Shown here piece after piece: positions 1 to 7,701 of a stretch of DNA of 24,137 bases. The stretch comes from a virus (Duplodnaviria; Heunggongvirae; Uroviricota; Caudoviricetes): the IMG/VR virus record IMGVR_UViG_2602041549_000015, positions 1 to 24,137 of that record, one strand, 5' to 3'. Both the position numbers and the translations under genes were made by a program. A model generated the notes under the pieces. That model was not told where the DNA came from and ran no database searches. It saw only the letters and a program-made list of their open reading frames with translations. The first letter of the stretch is position 1. Each line of letters begins with the position of its first letter.

Positions 1-933
1 ATGGACAACGACAAAATTGATCAACACAGCGACGAAATTGAAGTTGAGAGCGAAGAAAAAGAGCGCGGCAAAAAAATAGAAATAGATGAAGACCGACTCC
101 CCTCCCGGGCGATGGCAATTCATGAGCATATCCGCCAGGATGGTGAAAAAGAGCTGGAACGCGACGCAATGGCGCTACTGTGGTCAGCCATTGCGGCGGG
201 TCTGTCGATGGGCGCTTCGTTACTGGCAAAAGGGATATTTCATGTCGAACTGGAAGGTGTGCCGGGCAGCTTCTTACTGGAGAATCTCGGTTATACCTTT
301 GGTTTTATTATCGTCATAATGGCCCGCCAGCAATTATTTACCGAAAACACCGTGACTGCGGTACTACCCGTCATGCAAAAACCGACAATGAGCAACGTCG
401 GCTTACTTATGCGATTATGGGGCGTCGTGCTGCTGGGTAATATTCTCGGGACAGGTATTGCTGCATGGGCATTTGAATATATGCCTATCTTCAATGAAGA
501 AACTCGCGATGCATTTGTCAAAATCGGCATGGATGTGATGAAGAACACCCCCAGCGAGATGTTTGCCAACGCGATCATTTCCGGCTGGCTGATCGCCACT
601 ATGGTTTGGATGTTTCCTGCTGCGGGTGCGGCAAAGATTGTGGTGATTATATTGATGACCTGGCTTATTGCACTGGGTGACACCACCCACATCGTTGTCG
701 GTTCTGTTGAAATCCTCTATCTGGTGTTTAACGGCACGCTGCACTGGAGCGATTTCATCTGGCCCTTCGCACTACCTACTTTAGCGGGGAACATCTGCGG
801 CGGCACCTTTATCTTCGCGTTAATGAGTCATGCACAGATTCGTAACGACATGAGCAACAAGCGTAAAGCAGAAGCACGCCAAAAAGCAGAACGTGCGGAA
901 AACATTAAGAAAAATGATAAAAACCCAGCATAA
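1..933 (+). CDS. yfdC: Formate/nitrite transporter (FNT) family inner membrane protein YfdC
   Basis: 310-aa ORF; translation matches my recollection of E. coli K-12 YfdC; several hydrophobic helices; yfdC is the known upstream neighbour of argW. Confidence 0.85.
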   Translation: MDNDKIDQHSDEIEVESEEKERGKKIEIDEDRLPSRAMAIHEHIRQDGEKELERDAMALLWSAIAAGLSMGASLLAKGIFHVELEGVPGSFLLENLGYTFGFIIVIMARQQLFTENTVTAVLPVMQKPTMSNVGLLMRLWGVVLLGNILGTGIAAWAFEYMPIFNEETRDAFVKIGMDVMKNTPSEMFANAIISGWLIATMVWMFPAAGAAKIVVIILMTWLIALGDTTHIVVGSVEILYLVFNGTLHWSDFIWPFALPTLAGNICGGTFIFALMSHAQIRNDMSNKRKAEARQKAERAENIKKNDKNPA

Positions 934-1008
934 ATGGCGAGGGTTTAAGCAATCGAGCGGCAGCGTACTTACCCCGCAGTCCATTAGCGGGTATACTCAT
1001 GCCGCATT

Positions 1009-1083
1009 GTCCTCTTAGTTAAATGGATATAACGAGCCCCTCCTAAGGGCTAATTGCAGGTTCGATTCCTGCAGGGGACACCA
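1009..1083 (+). tRNA. argW: tRNA-Arg (anticodon CCU)
   Basis: 75-nt sequence GTCCTCTTAGTTAAATGGATATAACGAGCCCCTCCTAAGGGCTAATTGCAGGTTCGATTCCTGCAGGGGACACCA with acceptor stem GTCCTCT/AGGGGAC, anticodon loop CUCCUAA and 3' CCA; located between yfdC and the integrase as in E. coli. Confidence 0.85.
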
Positions 1084-1178
1084 TTTATCAGTTCGCTCTC
1101 ATCCGTACCAGTCCGCAAAATCCCCTGAATATCAAGCCTTCCGTAGATTCACAGTTCGTCATGGTTCGCTTCAGATCG

Positions 1179-1207
1179 TTGACAGCCGCACTCCATGACG
1201 GGTAAAA
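1179..1207 (+). promoter_or_regulatory. Candidate sigma70 promoter for int (TTGACA, 17-nt spacer, GTAAAA)
   Basis: Perfect -35 hexamer TTGACA read by eye followed 17 nt later by a weak -10-like GTAAAA, about 40 nt upstream of the int ATG. Confidence 0.25.
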
Positions 1208-1244
1208 AGTGGATAAAATAATTTTACCCACCGGATTTTTACCC

Positions 1245-2402
1245 ATGCTCACCGTTAAGCAGATTGAAGCAGCAAAGCCGAAAGAAAAACCATACCGCCT
1301 ACTCGATGGTAATGGCCTGTACCTTTATGTCCCTGTATCAGGGAAAAAGGTATGGCAGCTTCGCTACAAGATTGACGGTAAGGAGAAAATCCTGACTGTC
1401 GGAAAATATCCGCTTATGACTTTGCAAGAGGCAAGGGATAAAGCATGGACTGCGAGGAAAGACATCTCGGTCGGCATCGATCCGGTAAAGGCGAAAAAGG
1501 CTTCGTCTAACAACAATTCCTTTAGTGCGATTTACAAGGAATGGTACGAGCACAAGAAGCAAGTCTGGTCAGTAGGCTATGCAAATGAACTTGCAAAAAT
1601 GTTTGATGACGACATTTTACCTATCATCGGCGGCCTTGAAATTCAGGATATTGAGCCGATGCAACTACTGGAAGTAATCCGCAGATTTGAAGATCGCGGG
1701 GCAATGGAGAGAGCCAACAAAGCACGCAGAAGATGCGGCGAGGTTTTCCGTTACGCTATTGTCACCGGAAGGGCTAAATATAACCCGGCACCTGACCTTG
1801 CAGACGCCATGAAAGGATACCGCAAGAAGAACTTCCCGTTTCTTCCAGCAGACCAGATCCCTGCATTCAACAAAGCACTGGCAACATTTTCAGGAAGCAT
1901 CGTATCGCTCATTGCGACAAAAGTTTTACGCTACACAGCACTAAGAACGAAAGAGCTTCGTTCCATGCAATGGAAGAACGTCGATTTTGAAAACAGGATT
2001 ATCACTATCGACGCCAGTGTGATGAAGGGCCGCAAAATTCATGTGGTTCCTATGTCAGGCCAGGTGGTTGAACTTCTCACTACGCTAAGCTCAATAACCA
2101 AACCAGTCTCAGAGTTTGTTTTTGCCGGGCGCAACGATAAGAAGAAGCCAATCTGCGAGAACGCGGTATTGCTTGTGATCAAACAAATAGGCTATGAGGG
2201 TCTGGAAAGCGGTCACGGATTCAGGCATGAATTCAGCACAATTATGAACGAGCACGAATGGCCCGCTGATGCTATTGAAGTGCAACTGGCACATGCCAAC
2301 GGCGGATCTGTGCGCGGGATTTACAACCATGCTCAGTATCTCGATAAGCGCAGAGAAATGATGCAATGGTGGGCGGACTGGCTTGATGAAAAGGTGGAGT
2401 GA
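1245..2402 (+). CDS. intS: Tyrosine site-specific integrase, P4/IntS-type
   Basis: Track ORF 1209..2402 begins at a GTG; the ATG at 1245 gives MLTVKQIEAAKP..., the typical N-terminus of P4-like integrases and the 385-aa length I recall for K-12 IntS; transcribed away from the tRNA. Confidence 0.9.
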   Translation: MLTVKQIEAAKPKEKPYRLLDGNGLYLYVPVSGKKVWQLRYKIDGKEKILTVGKYPLMTLQEARDKAWTARKDISVGIDPVKAKKASSNNNSFSAIYKEWYEHKKQVWSVGYANELAKMFDDDILPIIGGLEIQDIEPMQLLEVIRRFEDRGAMERANKARRRCGEVFRYAIVTGRAKYNPAPDLADAMKGYRKKNFPFLPADQIPAFNKALATFSGSIVSLIATKVLRYTALRTKELRSMQWKNVDFENRIITIDASVMKGRKIHVVPMSGQVVELLTTLSSITKPVSEFVFAGRNDKKKPICENAVLLVIKQIGYEGLESGHGFRHEFSTIMNEHEWPADAIEVQLAHANGGSVRGIYNHAQYLDKRREMMQWWADWLDEKVE

Positions 2403-2426
2403 TCCACCTTAACCACTATAGAAGAG

Positions 2427-2472
2427 CACAAAGCCTTGCAAGCCAATGCAAAGCTTTGTGTGTCCCGTTTTT
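2427..2472. terminator. Hairpin plus T-run between convergent int and tailspike genes; candidate terminator
   Basis: Inverted repeat CACAAAGCCTTGCA / TGCAAAGCTTTGTG (14-bp stem, one mismatch, 6-nt loop) followed on the plus strand by CCCGTTTTT; lies in the 91-bp gap between two converging stop codons. Confidence 0.5.
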
Positions 2473-2493
2473 GTCTCAATTTCCCTATGCAAA

Positions 2494-4677
2494 CTATATT
2501 ATGGAAGTAACAGTGCCATTTATAGTTGATTTTATTTGTGATGTTGGATTTGGCCTTACTTGCACTGTACCTCTATTACCAGATGCGCCAATAAAGACAT
2601 TATAGCCATTTATCTCATTAAAGTCTGAAAAAAGACTTACTGGAGCAGAATTTTGTGCAACTGGTGCAGCTGATGATGTCCCGTATCGCTTCAGTATGCC
2701 AGGCGTAACAGCTGCAGAAGCACCATCCCTCCTGCACGTAATATCCAGGTCAAACGTGTAACCATCAAACCCGAACTGTGTAGCATCCTGAAAAAATTTC
2801 ATAACTTCAGTGACTGAACCTCCAGCAGGTGCAACGTGATTGAAGCCAGAGAAAATCATCCGGTTAAATCTTTCATCCTGAGAAACAGAATCGAACGTCT
2901 TTTCAATACGAAGGCTGCTGAATCCATATACCCCATTCAAGATAATTGAATTTTGAGCACGAGTGTTCATTTTAATATCCAGCTTAGGCGCATTGTATAG
3001 GTCAATGCGTTCACCAACACTTCCAGAACGGTCTGTTATGTTTACCGAGATAGAAAACGTAGTGTCATTTCCTTCAATTTTTATAGATGAACGCCTGTCT
3101 ACTTCAATTGTAATAGCCGGTGAAGCCTCTGCTGTTGATGTTCCAATGACAGTCAAAGCTCTAACGTATTTTGTTATATACATCTTTGCCTCTTCGCTGT
3201 AGTTTCCTGCGATATAAGTTGCCTGACTGTCACCAATTCTTATCTCACCAGTTTCAATTGTACTTGAAATTACTGACGTCCCAATAATGGGAACTTCAAC
3301 CTTAGTCCCAGACTGGAACTCAGAAGTCATTGGTCTATCAAGTGTTATAACGTTTCCCGAGATTGCTGTGATACGACGTGTCTCTACACCTCCAGTTGAA
3401 TTGGTGAATGCAATTTCAAACAACGTATCAAAACCAGAAGCATCAGCAACAGTAACAGTGTTGTCATTTACATATGCTGTAGATGTCAGGGTTGTGCTCA
3501 TACCTTCAATAGACAAAGTACACTGATTGTTAGCGCTGCTCCCAATGTAACCCATTAATTTGATAGAGTTATTTCTAACGCGAACACCATACTTAGTTCT
3601 GGTGGAGCCATTTGTTGTTCCTTGCGAATGACCATGCCAATTAATAACCAGATGTAAAAGATCATAATTACTGATGCGGTGATCAATTGATTTATTTCTA
3701 ATAGTAGCATAAGGAGCTGTGTATACGGCTCTTGCTGATGCACTAGCGCCATTATTAGAAATGTTTCCATTTACGGTGAAACCTTCAACTGTTTGGTGCC
3801 AGTGGAGACGATCTCTGCTCCTGTCGCGAGGATCAATTCCCACATGGTGCATCGATATGTTAGATGACGTTGACATGATTATTGTTGCGTCATTTCCAGC
3901 TCCTGAAAAAATAAAACCACGGCGATCAACATCTAAATCAAACTTATCAGAAAAGTAAACTCCTGACGGGAATGTGAGTTTGCTCATAATCTGATTTGCG
4001 CGAGCAACTCTACAAGCCTCGGCAATCGCTGCGGAATTTTTTTCCGGGTCTGAACTTCCAAAGCCAAACTCTGAATAGTCCATCTCAGATGTAAGGATTA
4101 AATTAGCAAAATAACCATTTGGAAGATTGAGTGAATAAGTATTATCTATCTTCTCTAATCCAACATACCATTCAGACTTCACTTTTATTCCGTGCTGGTT
4201 CATGTATGTGAAAACTGTTATTTTTTCAATACCAGTAAAGTCTTTCTGCAGCAACTGAGAAACGCTTTGAATAATGTAAGGTTTTGTCTGATTAAAATCC
4301 TGTGCTGTTTCATCTAGTATAAGCAATTGGTTCTTAAATTGGTCTGGATCATACTTCAGCACATTCGGAAAATAGAACTGCTTCGCCCCATATGCATCGT
4401 ACACAGCCATAGAATGGCCTTGCACAGTTACGAATTTGGCAATCTGCCCGTTATATACAGGGTAACCAGCGGCGTTAATGATGATTGGTTGCGAAACGGG
4501 AACATGAGAGCCGTCTTCGTTCTCTACATAAACCTGAATCTGGTTTTCTGGATTTACCGGGTCAGTGTCAATTTTACCGATATAAATTTTGCCATTGGCT
4601 ACGGCTTTAAAAGAACGAGCCATAGTGAAGAGTTGCGAAGGCATCGATACAATCACATTGGCTGTAATATCTGTCAT
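2494..4677 (-). CDS. Tailspike protein: P22-type head-binding N-terminal domain with a different receptor-binding domain
   Basis: 727 aa; first ~115 aa ([46 protein letters not shown]...VLKYDPDQF) match the conserved head-binding domain of P22/Sf6/HK620 tailspikes as I recall them; the remainder is Ser/Thr/Asn/Gly-rich like a beta-helix but matches no tailspike I can recall. Confidence 0.85.
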   Translation of the reverse strand: MTDITANVIVSMPSQLFTMARSFKAVANGKIYIGKIDTDPVNPENQIQVYVENEDGSHVPVSQPIIINAAGYPVYNGQIAKFVTVQGHSMAVYDAYGAKQFYFPNVLKYDPDQFKNQLLILDETAQDFNQTKPYIIQSVSQLLQKDFTGIEKITVFTYMNQHGIKVKSEWYVGLEKIDNTYSLNLPNGYFANLILTSEMDYSEFGFGSSDPEKNSAAIAEACRVARANQIMSKLTFPSGVYFSDKFDLDVDRRGFIFSGAGNDATIIMSTSSNISMHHVGIDPRDRSRDRLHWHQTVEGFTVNGNISNNGASASARAVYTAPYATIRNKSIDHRISNYDLLHLVINWHGHSQGTTNGSTRTKYGVRVRNNSIKLMGYIGSSANNQCTLSIEGMSTTLTSTAYVNDNTVTVADASGFDTLFEIAFTNSTGGVETRRITAISGNVITLDRPMTSEFQSGTKVEVPIIGTSVISSTIETGEIRIGDSQATYIAGNYSEEAKMYITKYVRALTVIGTSTAEASPAITIEVDRRSSIKIEGNDTTFSISVNITDRSGSVGERIDLYNAPKLDIKMNTRAQNSIILNGVYGFSSLRIEKTFDSVSQDERFNRMIFSGFNHVAPAGGSVTEVMKFFQDATQFGFDGYTFDLDITCRRDGASAAVTPGILKRYGTSSAAPVAQNSAPVSLFSDFNEINGYNVFIGASGNRGTVQVRPNPTSQIKSTINGTVTSII

Positions 4678-4733
4678 TTAATTTGCTCCAGATGCAAGGA
4701 ATCGCCGCAGCGTGGCTACGGTGAATTTTGGGC

Positions 4734-4760
4734 ATAAAAAAACCCAGCCGAAGCTGGGTC
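4734..4760 (-). terminator. Rho-independent terminator after the arc operon, upstream of the tailspike gene
   Basis: On the minus strand ACCCAGC-UUCG-GCUGGGU followed by a run of seven U; lies between the KilA-N ORF stop (4778) and the tailspike start (4677). Confidence 0.6.
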
Positions 4761-4777
4761 GTTGCGTTGGTTATCTG

Positions 4778-5734
4778 TCAGTAGTTATGTACTGAAGGAG
4801 GTAATTCTTTATTCTTAAGTCTCATCCATGCGGAAAGATTCGTTGGTCCGTCTGGCTCATTAATATCAACATCTCGTGTGTGGTTTATTAAAACGTCTCT
4901 CGCCATTCCGATAACATACGAGAACTCATGACCGTAGTCGTAGCATCTGCCGGAATAGTTCGATTGAATTTGTTTTAATGCCGGATACAGTTCGCGGAAT
5001 AATGCCTGTGAGCGGTTGGCATAATCCCATAACCATACAAGGCTGTTTGCTTCTTTTGCAGAAAGCTCGTTTGCTTTCTTCTCTTGTTTGCCGATTAACT
5101 CGCCTTCAAGCACTACCCTGTGGATGTACTCTACGGCCAGCGGGATTTGTTCAATTGAAAGTTCATCAATGCTGTCAATACCAAAACGCTGATGAACCAT
5201 ATTGTATGCATCGTCATAGCGAAGTCCTTTCTTTCCTACCAGCATGTTTACTGCATCGCGTAGCGGTGTGCGTTCAGCTACTGAAGTTTTACCTCCAATA
5301 GCCTTCCTCTCTTGTGTGGCAGTAACCATTGCGTCATATGCACGGATAACCTTCAGCGCAAAGGCTGCGCTAATCCACATAGCGTAGGAGTAAACAAGCT
5401 CCTTGCACACGTAGGTTCCACCATATCGACCTTTCTTAGAAAGGACGGGATTCTTATTCTGCATATCCGCAGAATTAAAAATTTCATTAATCAATTCAAT
5501 AGTTTCATTTCTACGCATGAAGAAAGCTGGCTGATGTTTTTCCTCCTTCCCAGACGCTACATGAAGGTCATTAAGCGAGTAACGCCCCTCTGAATCCATA
5601 TGAATCTTGACGTCAGAAATGATGATGCTATTAGTGCAATTTACAGTTGACTTTGCTAAGCTTGACATATCAATAATACCTCGTAAGTTTTGTTGATACC
5701 GAAGCCCTGACTGTTCCAGCAGTTGGGGCTTCAA
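4778..5734 (-). CDS. KilA-N domain protein; candidate antirepressor occupying the ant position
   Basis: 318-aa ORF; N-terminal segment [14 protein letters not shown]...[25 protein letters not shown] fits the KilA-N/APSES-like pattern as I recall it; start overlaps the upstream stop (ATGA); internal starts at 5668 or 5599 are possible. Confidence 0.6.
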   Translation of the reverse strand: MKPQLLEQSGLRYQQNLRGIIDMSSLAKSTVNCTNSIIISDVKIHMDSEGRYSLNDLHVASGKEEKHQPAFFMRRNETIELINEIFNSADMQNKNPVLSKKGRYGGTYVCKELVYSYAMWISAAFALKVIRAYDAMVTATQERKAIGGKTSVAERTPLRDAVNMLVGKKGLRYDDAYNMVHQRFGIDSIDELSIEQIPLAVEYIHRVVLEGELIGKQEKKANELSAKEANSLVWLWDYANRSQALFRELYPALKQIQSNYSGRCYDYGHEFSYVIGMARDVLINHTRDVDINEPDGPTNLSAWMRLKNKELPPSVHNY

Positions 5735-6000
5735 CGTTTTTCCACTTCATTTTGAATTTGCTTAAGTAGCATATTTGTCTCGTCAAGCCTCTTGTTAATA
5801 CGGTCAAGGCTTTCTACTAAATCGTTATGTGCATGTGATACTTCGTAATTTGAGACTGATTTTTTTTCCTCTATCGTCTTTGTCAATCGTTCCCCTGATT
5901 GATACATATTGATTAACGATGTAAAAATCACGAGCAAGCAAACTACAATGATTGCGCCAGACAAAAATTGTAAAGAACGATCAAGCAATGACACCTTCAT
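5731..6000 (-). CDS. Small single-pass membrane protein with C-terminal coiled coil (89 aa)
   Basis: Track ORF; one hydrophobic segment ([15 protein letters not shown]) followed by a charged helical tail; start overlaps the arc stop by an ATGA. Confidence 0.5.
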   Translation of the reverse strand: MKVSLLDRSLQFLSGAIIVVCLLVIFTSLINMYQSGERLTKTIEEKKSVSNYEVSHAHNDLVESLDRINKRLDETNMLLKQIQNEVEKR

Positions 6001-6155
6001 ACCGTAATCCCCTCTCTCTTCAGGCTGTCCATCACTCGCTTGTAAATCTCAGAGTTAACAGATCGCCCGTTCTCTTCAGCTACCTTGCGTACCAAATCCA
6101 ATACTTCTTTAGGCCACCGCAAATTGAACTGCGGCATTTTGCTCATTCCTTTCAT
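5997..6155 (-). CDS. arc: Arc repressor (ribbon-helix-helix)
   Basis: Below the track size cut-off, read by eye: MKGMSKMPQFNL...[40 protein letters not shown], close to P22 Arc as I recall it; GAGGTG ribosome-binding site upstream; intactness is supported by the overlapping plus-strand track ORF 5952..6173 reading through this region. Confidence 0.75.
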   Translation of the reverse strand: MKGMSKMPQFNLRWPKEVLDLVRKVAEENGRSVNSEIYKRVMDSLKREGITV

Positions 6156-6171
6156 GTTCACCTCACATTAT

Positions 6172-6218
6172 AGGTCCACCGTGGACCTATTGAGAATATA
6201 GTAGAGTGCTTCTATCAT
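6172..6218. promoter_or_regulatory. immI control region: Mnt operator (palindrome AGGTCCACGGTGGACCT) and Arc operator (ATAGTAGAGTGCTTCTATCAT) between divergent arc and mnt
   Basis: Both sequences match the P22 Omnt and Oarc operators as I recall them; order (Omnt nearer arc) matches P22; divergent promoters are expected here. Confidence 0.7.
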
Positions 6219-6245
6219 GTCAATACACTAACTTGGAGTGATGGC

Positions 6246-6503
6246 ATGGCTAGAGATGATCCGCACTTTAACTTCCGTATGCCTTTGGAAGTAAGAGAAA
6301 AATTGAAATTAAGAGCCGAGGCTAACGGAAGGTCAATGAACTCTGAGTTATTACAAATCGTTCAGGATGCTCTCTCAAAGCCATCACCGATTGCAGGCTA
6401 TCGCAACGAAGCTGAACGCTTGGCTGATGAACATTCGGATATCGTAAAAAATATGGTATTCGAAACTTTAAAAAAACTTTATGGAAAAGAAAAGAATGAG
6501 TAA
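6246..6503 (+). CDS. mnt: Mnt repressor (ribbon-helix-helix)
   Basis: 85-aa track ORF MARDDPHFNFRMPLEVREKLKLRAEANGRSMNSELLQIVQDALSKP... closely matches P22 Mnt as I recall it. Confidence 0.9.
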   Translation: MARDDPHFNFRMPLEVREKLKLRAEANGRSMNSELLQIVQDALSKPSPIAGYRNEAERLADEHSDIVKNMVFETLKKLYGKEKNE

Positions 6504-6765
6504 TAAAGAGCTTGTTAAAAAATCAAATAACTGTGTCGATGCATATGCTGACTCATTTGGATACTCTTCGTTTGGTGACGGTTCCCAGCGATTAGGTTCA
6601 ATTTCTTTTTTTCATAATGTAACTGAATGGCCTGTTGATGAAAGCGGTGATGTTGAAAACATAAAGTACAATATTGCCACCATTAGAATGCCTGAAGAAT
6701 TGATGCTTAAATTGGCGGACTTCATTCGCGACCAACATTATAAGGCTAAAACAAACGAGTCGTAA
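6481..6765 (+). CDS. Hypothetical small protein (94 aa; 89 aa if started at the ATG at 6496), first gene after mnt
   Basis: Track ORF overlapping the mnt 3' end; no recognisable family; C-terminus YNIATIRMPEELMLKLADFIRDQ looks like a beta-strand followed by a helix. Confidence 0.5.
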   Translation: MEKKRMSNKELVKKSNNCVDAYADSFGYSSFGDGSQRLGSISFFHNVTEWPVDESGDVENIKYNIATIRMPEELMLKLADFIRDQHYKAKTNES

Positions 6766-6768
6766 TCA

Positions 6769-7218
6769 ATGATGAAACACGATTATTACGAAGCTCCAAA
6801 TCTAACTGAAAAGCTTGAACAAGCGGAAAAATCATCATCTTTGTACACAAATCCAATTTCTCAGTCATCAGGAATGTCTGGCATGAATATGGGCATGCTA
6901 CAATCAAGTGGTGGTGGAGCTGGGAGTAACAACATGCTTGAGGCTAGGGTTGCACGGTTAGAGGCAGATGTTGAAAACATTAAGACCAATCTATCTGAGG
7001 CAAGGTCTGACATCTCTCGTTTGCGTGATATCTCAGCTGATACATCCAGAGATGTTGCGGTGGTCCTGCAAAAAATAGTAGATGTAGACGAAAAATTATC
7101 AAAAAAACCGAGTAAGAGCGAAGTCCAGACATTGATATCTTCTGCAGTAAACAAGCAAATACTATGGACCATAGGGACTGGATTTGCTCTTTTAGGGATA
7201 GCTAAATATATATTTTAG
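6769..7218 (+). CDS. Hypothetical tail-anchored membrane protein with coiled coil (149 aa)
   Basis: Track ORF; Gly/Ser/Met-rich N-terminal segment, central heptad-like region, single C-terminal hydrophobic helix ILWTIGTGFALLGIAKYIF; starts 3 nt after the preceding stop. Confidence 0.55.
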   Translation: MMKHDYYEAPNLTEKLEQAEKSSSLYTNPISQSSGMSGMNMGMLQSSGGGAGSNNMLEARVARLEADVENIKTNLSEARSDISRLRDISADTSRDVAVVLQKIVDVDEKLSKKPSKSEVQTLISSAVNKQILWTIGTGFALLGIAKYIF

Positions 7219-7287
7219 CTCACCTCATCAGCTATCTTCTTGTTCCATTCACTCAGTGCCACTGCAAGGAAAACTAAGGAGGTTAGT

Positions 7288-7677
7288 GTGAAGCGATTTC
7301 TTGCTGGTATGTTTTTATTCATATCTTTTGGGGCTACAGCAGAATGCTGGGTTGTTGGAGATATGCGCGGAATAAGCTATTCAGAACGAAATAATTTCCA
7401 ACCGGAAGAAGATGGTTTTAGTGGAACATTTATCATTAAGACAAGCGGTGAAGATGCCAGCATCACATATTCTGGGACGGATGCTGGCGGCATGGCTTAC
7501 AAAGCATTGTCTAAAAACTCCATCATAGGAATCGGCGCGAATGGCGAAACTCAACGAGTTATCGACTCATGGGTAATACATCCTAATGGAACAGTTTTAA
7601 TGTCGAAAACCATTTCTGGTTATGGAAACATGGATTCAACCAAAGCTTTTGTTGGAAAAGTAAAAAGAAAATGTTAA
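7288..7677 (+). CDS. Hypothetical secreted (periplasmic) protein with Sec signal peptide
   Basis: GTG start at 7288 preceded by a strong AAGGAGG ribosome-binding site; N-terminus KRFLAGMFLFISFGATA then ECW fits a signal peptidase I site; mature part ~110 aa with Cys near both ends; the track's upstream ATG (7240) has no ribosome-binding site. Confidence 0.55.
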   Translation: MKRFLAGMFLFISFGATAECWVVGDMRGISYSERNNFQPEEDGFSGTFIIKTSGEDASITYSGTDAGGMAYKALSKNSIIGIGANGETQRVIDSWVIHPNGTVLMSKTISGYGNMDSTKAFVGKVKRKC

Positions 7678-7701
7678 CGATTGAATCCAATTTCCCATAC
7701 G

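Noticed and set aside
291-744. Minus-strand ORFs 291..692 and 415..744 inside yfdC
   Set aside because: Antisense to a well-supported host gene; no ribosome-binding sites or homology.
1209-1244. Longer integrase from the GTG at 1209 (MDKIILPTGFLP...)
   Set aside because: The ATG at 1245 gives the canonical MLTVKQIEAAKP integrase N-terminus and the IntS length; the extension runs into the TTTTACCC repeat region.
2403-2493. Looked for gtrABC-type O-antigen conversion genes or an att core between int and the tailspike
   Set aside because: The gap is only ~90 bp and contains just a hairpin and T-run; no coding capacity.
5997-6156. Apparent +1 frameshift in arc: by eye I read an extra C near 6120/6121 (CCACCGCCAAATTG), which would truncate Arc after 12 codons
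   Set aside because: The supplied plus-strand track ORF 5952..6173 reads straight through this site as ...RPPQIELRH..., which requires CCACCGCAAATTG, and the mnt track ORF starts 1 nt before my by-eye position. My reading was off by one at a line break; arc is treated as intact.
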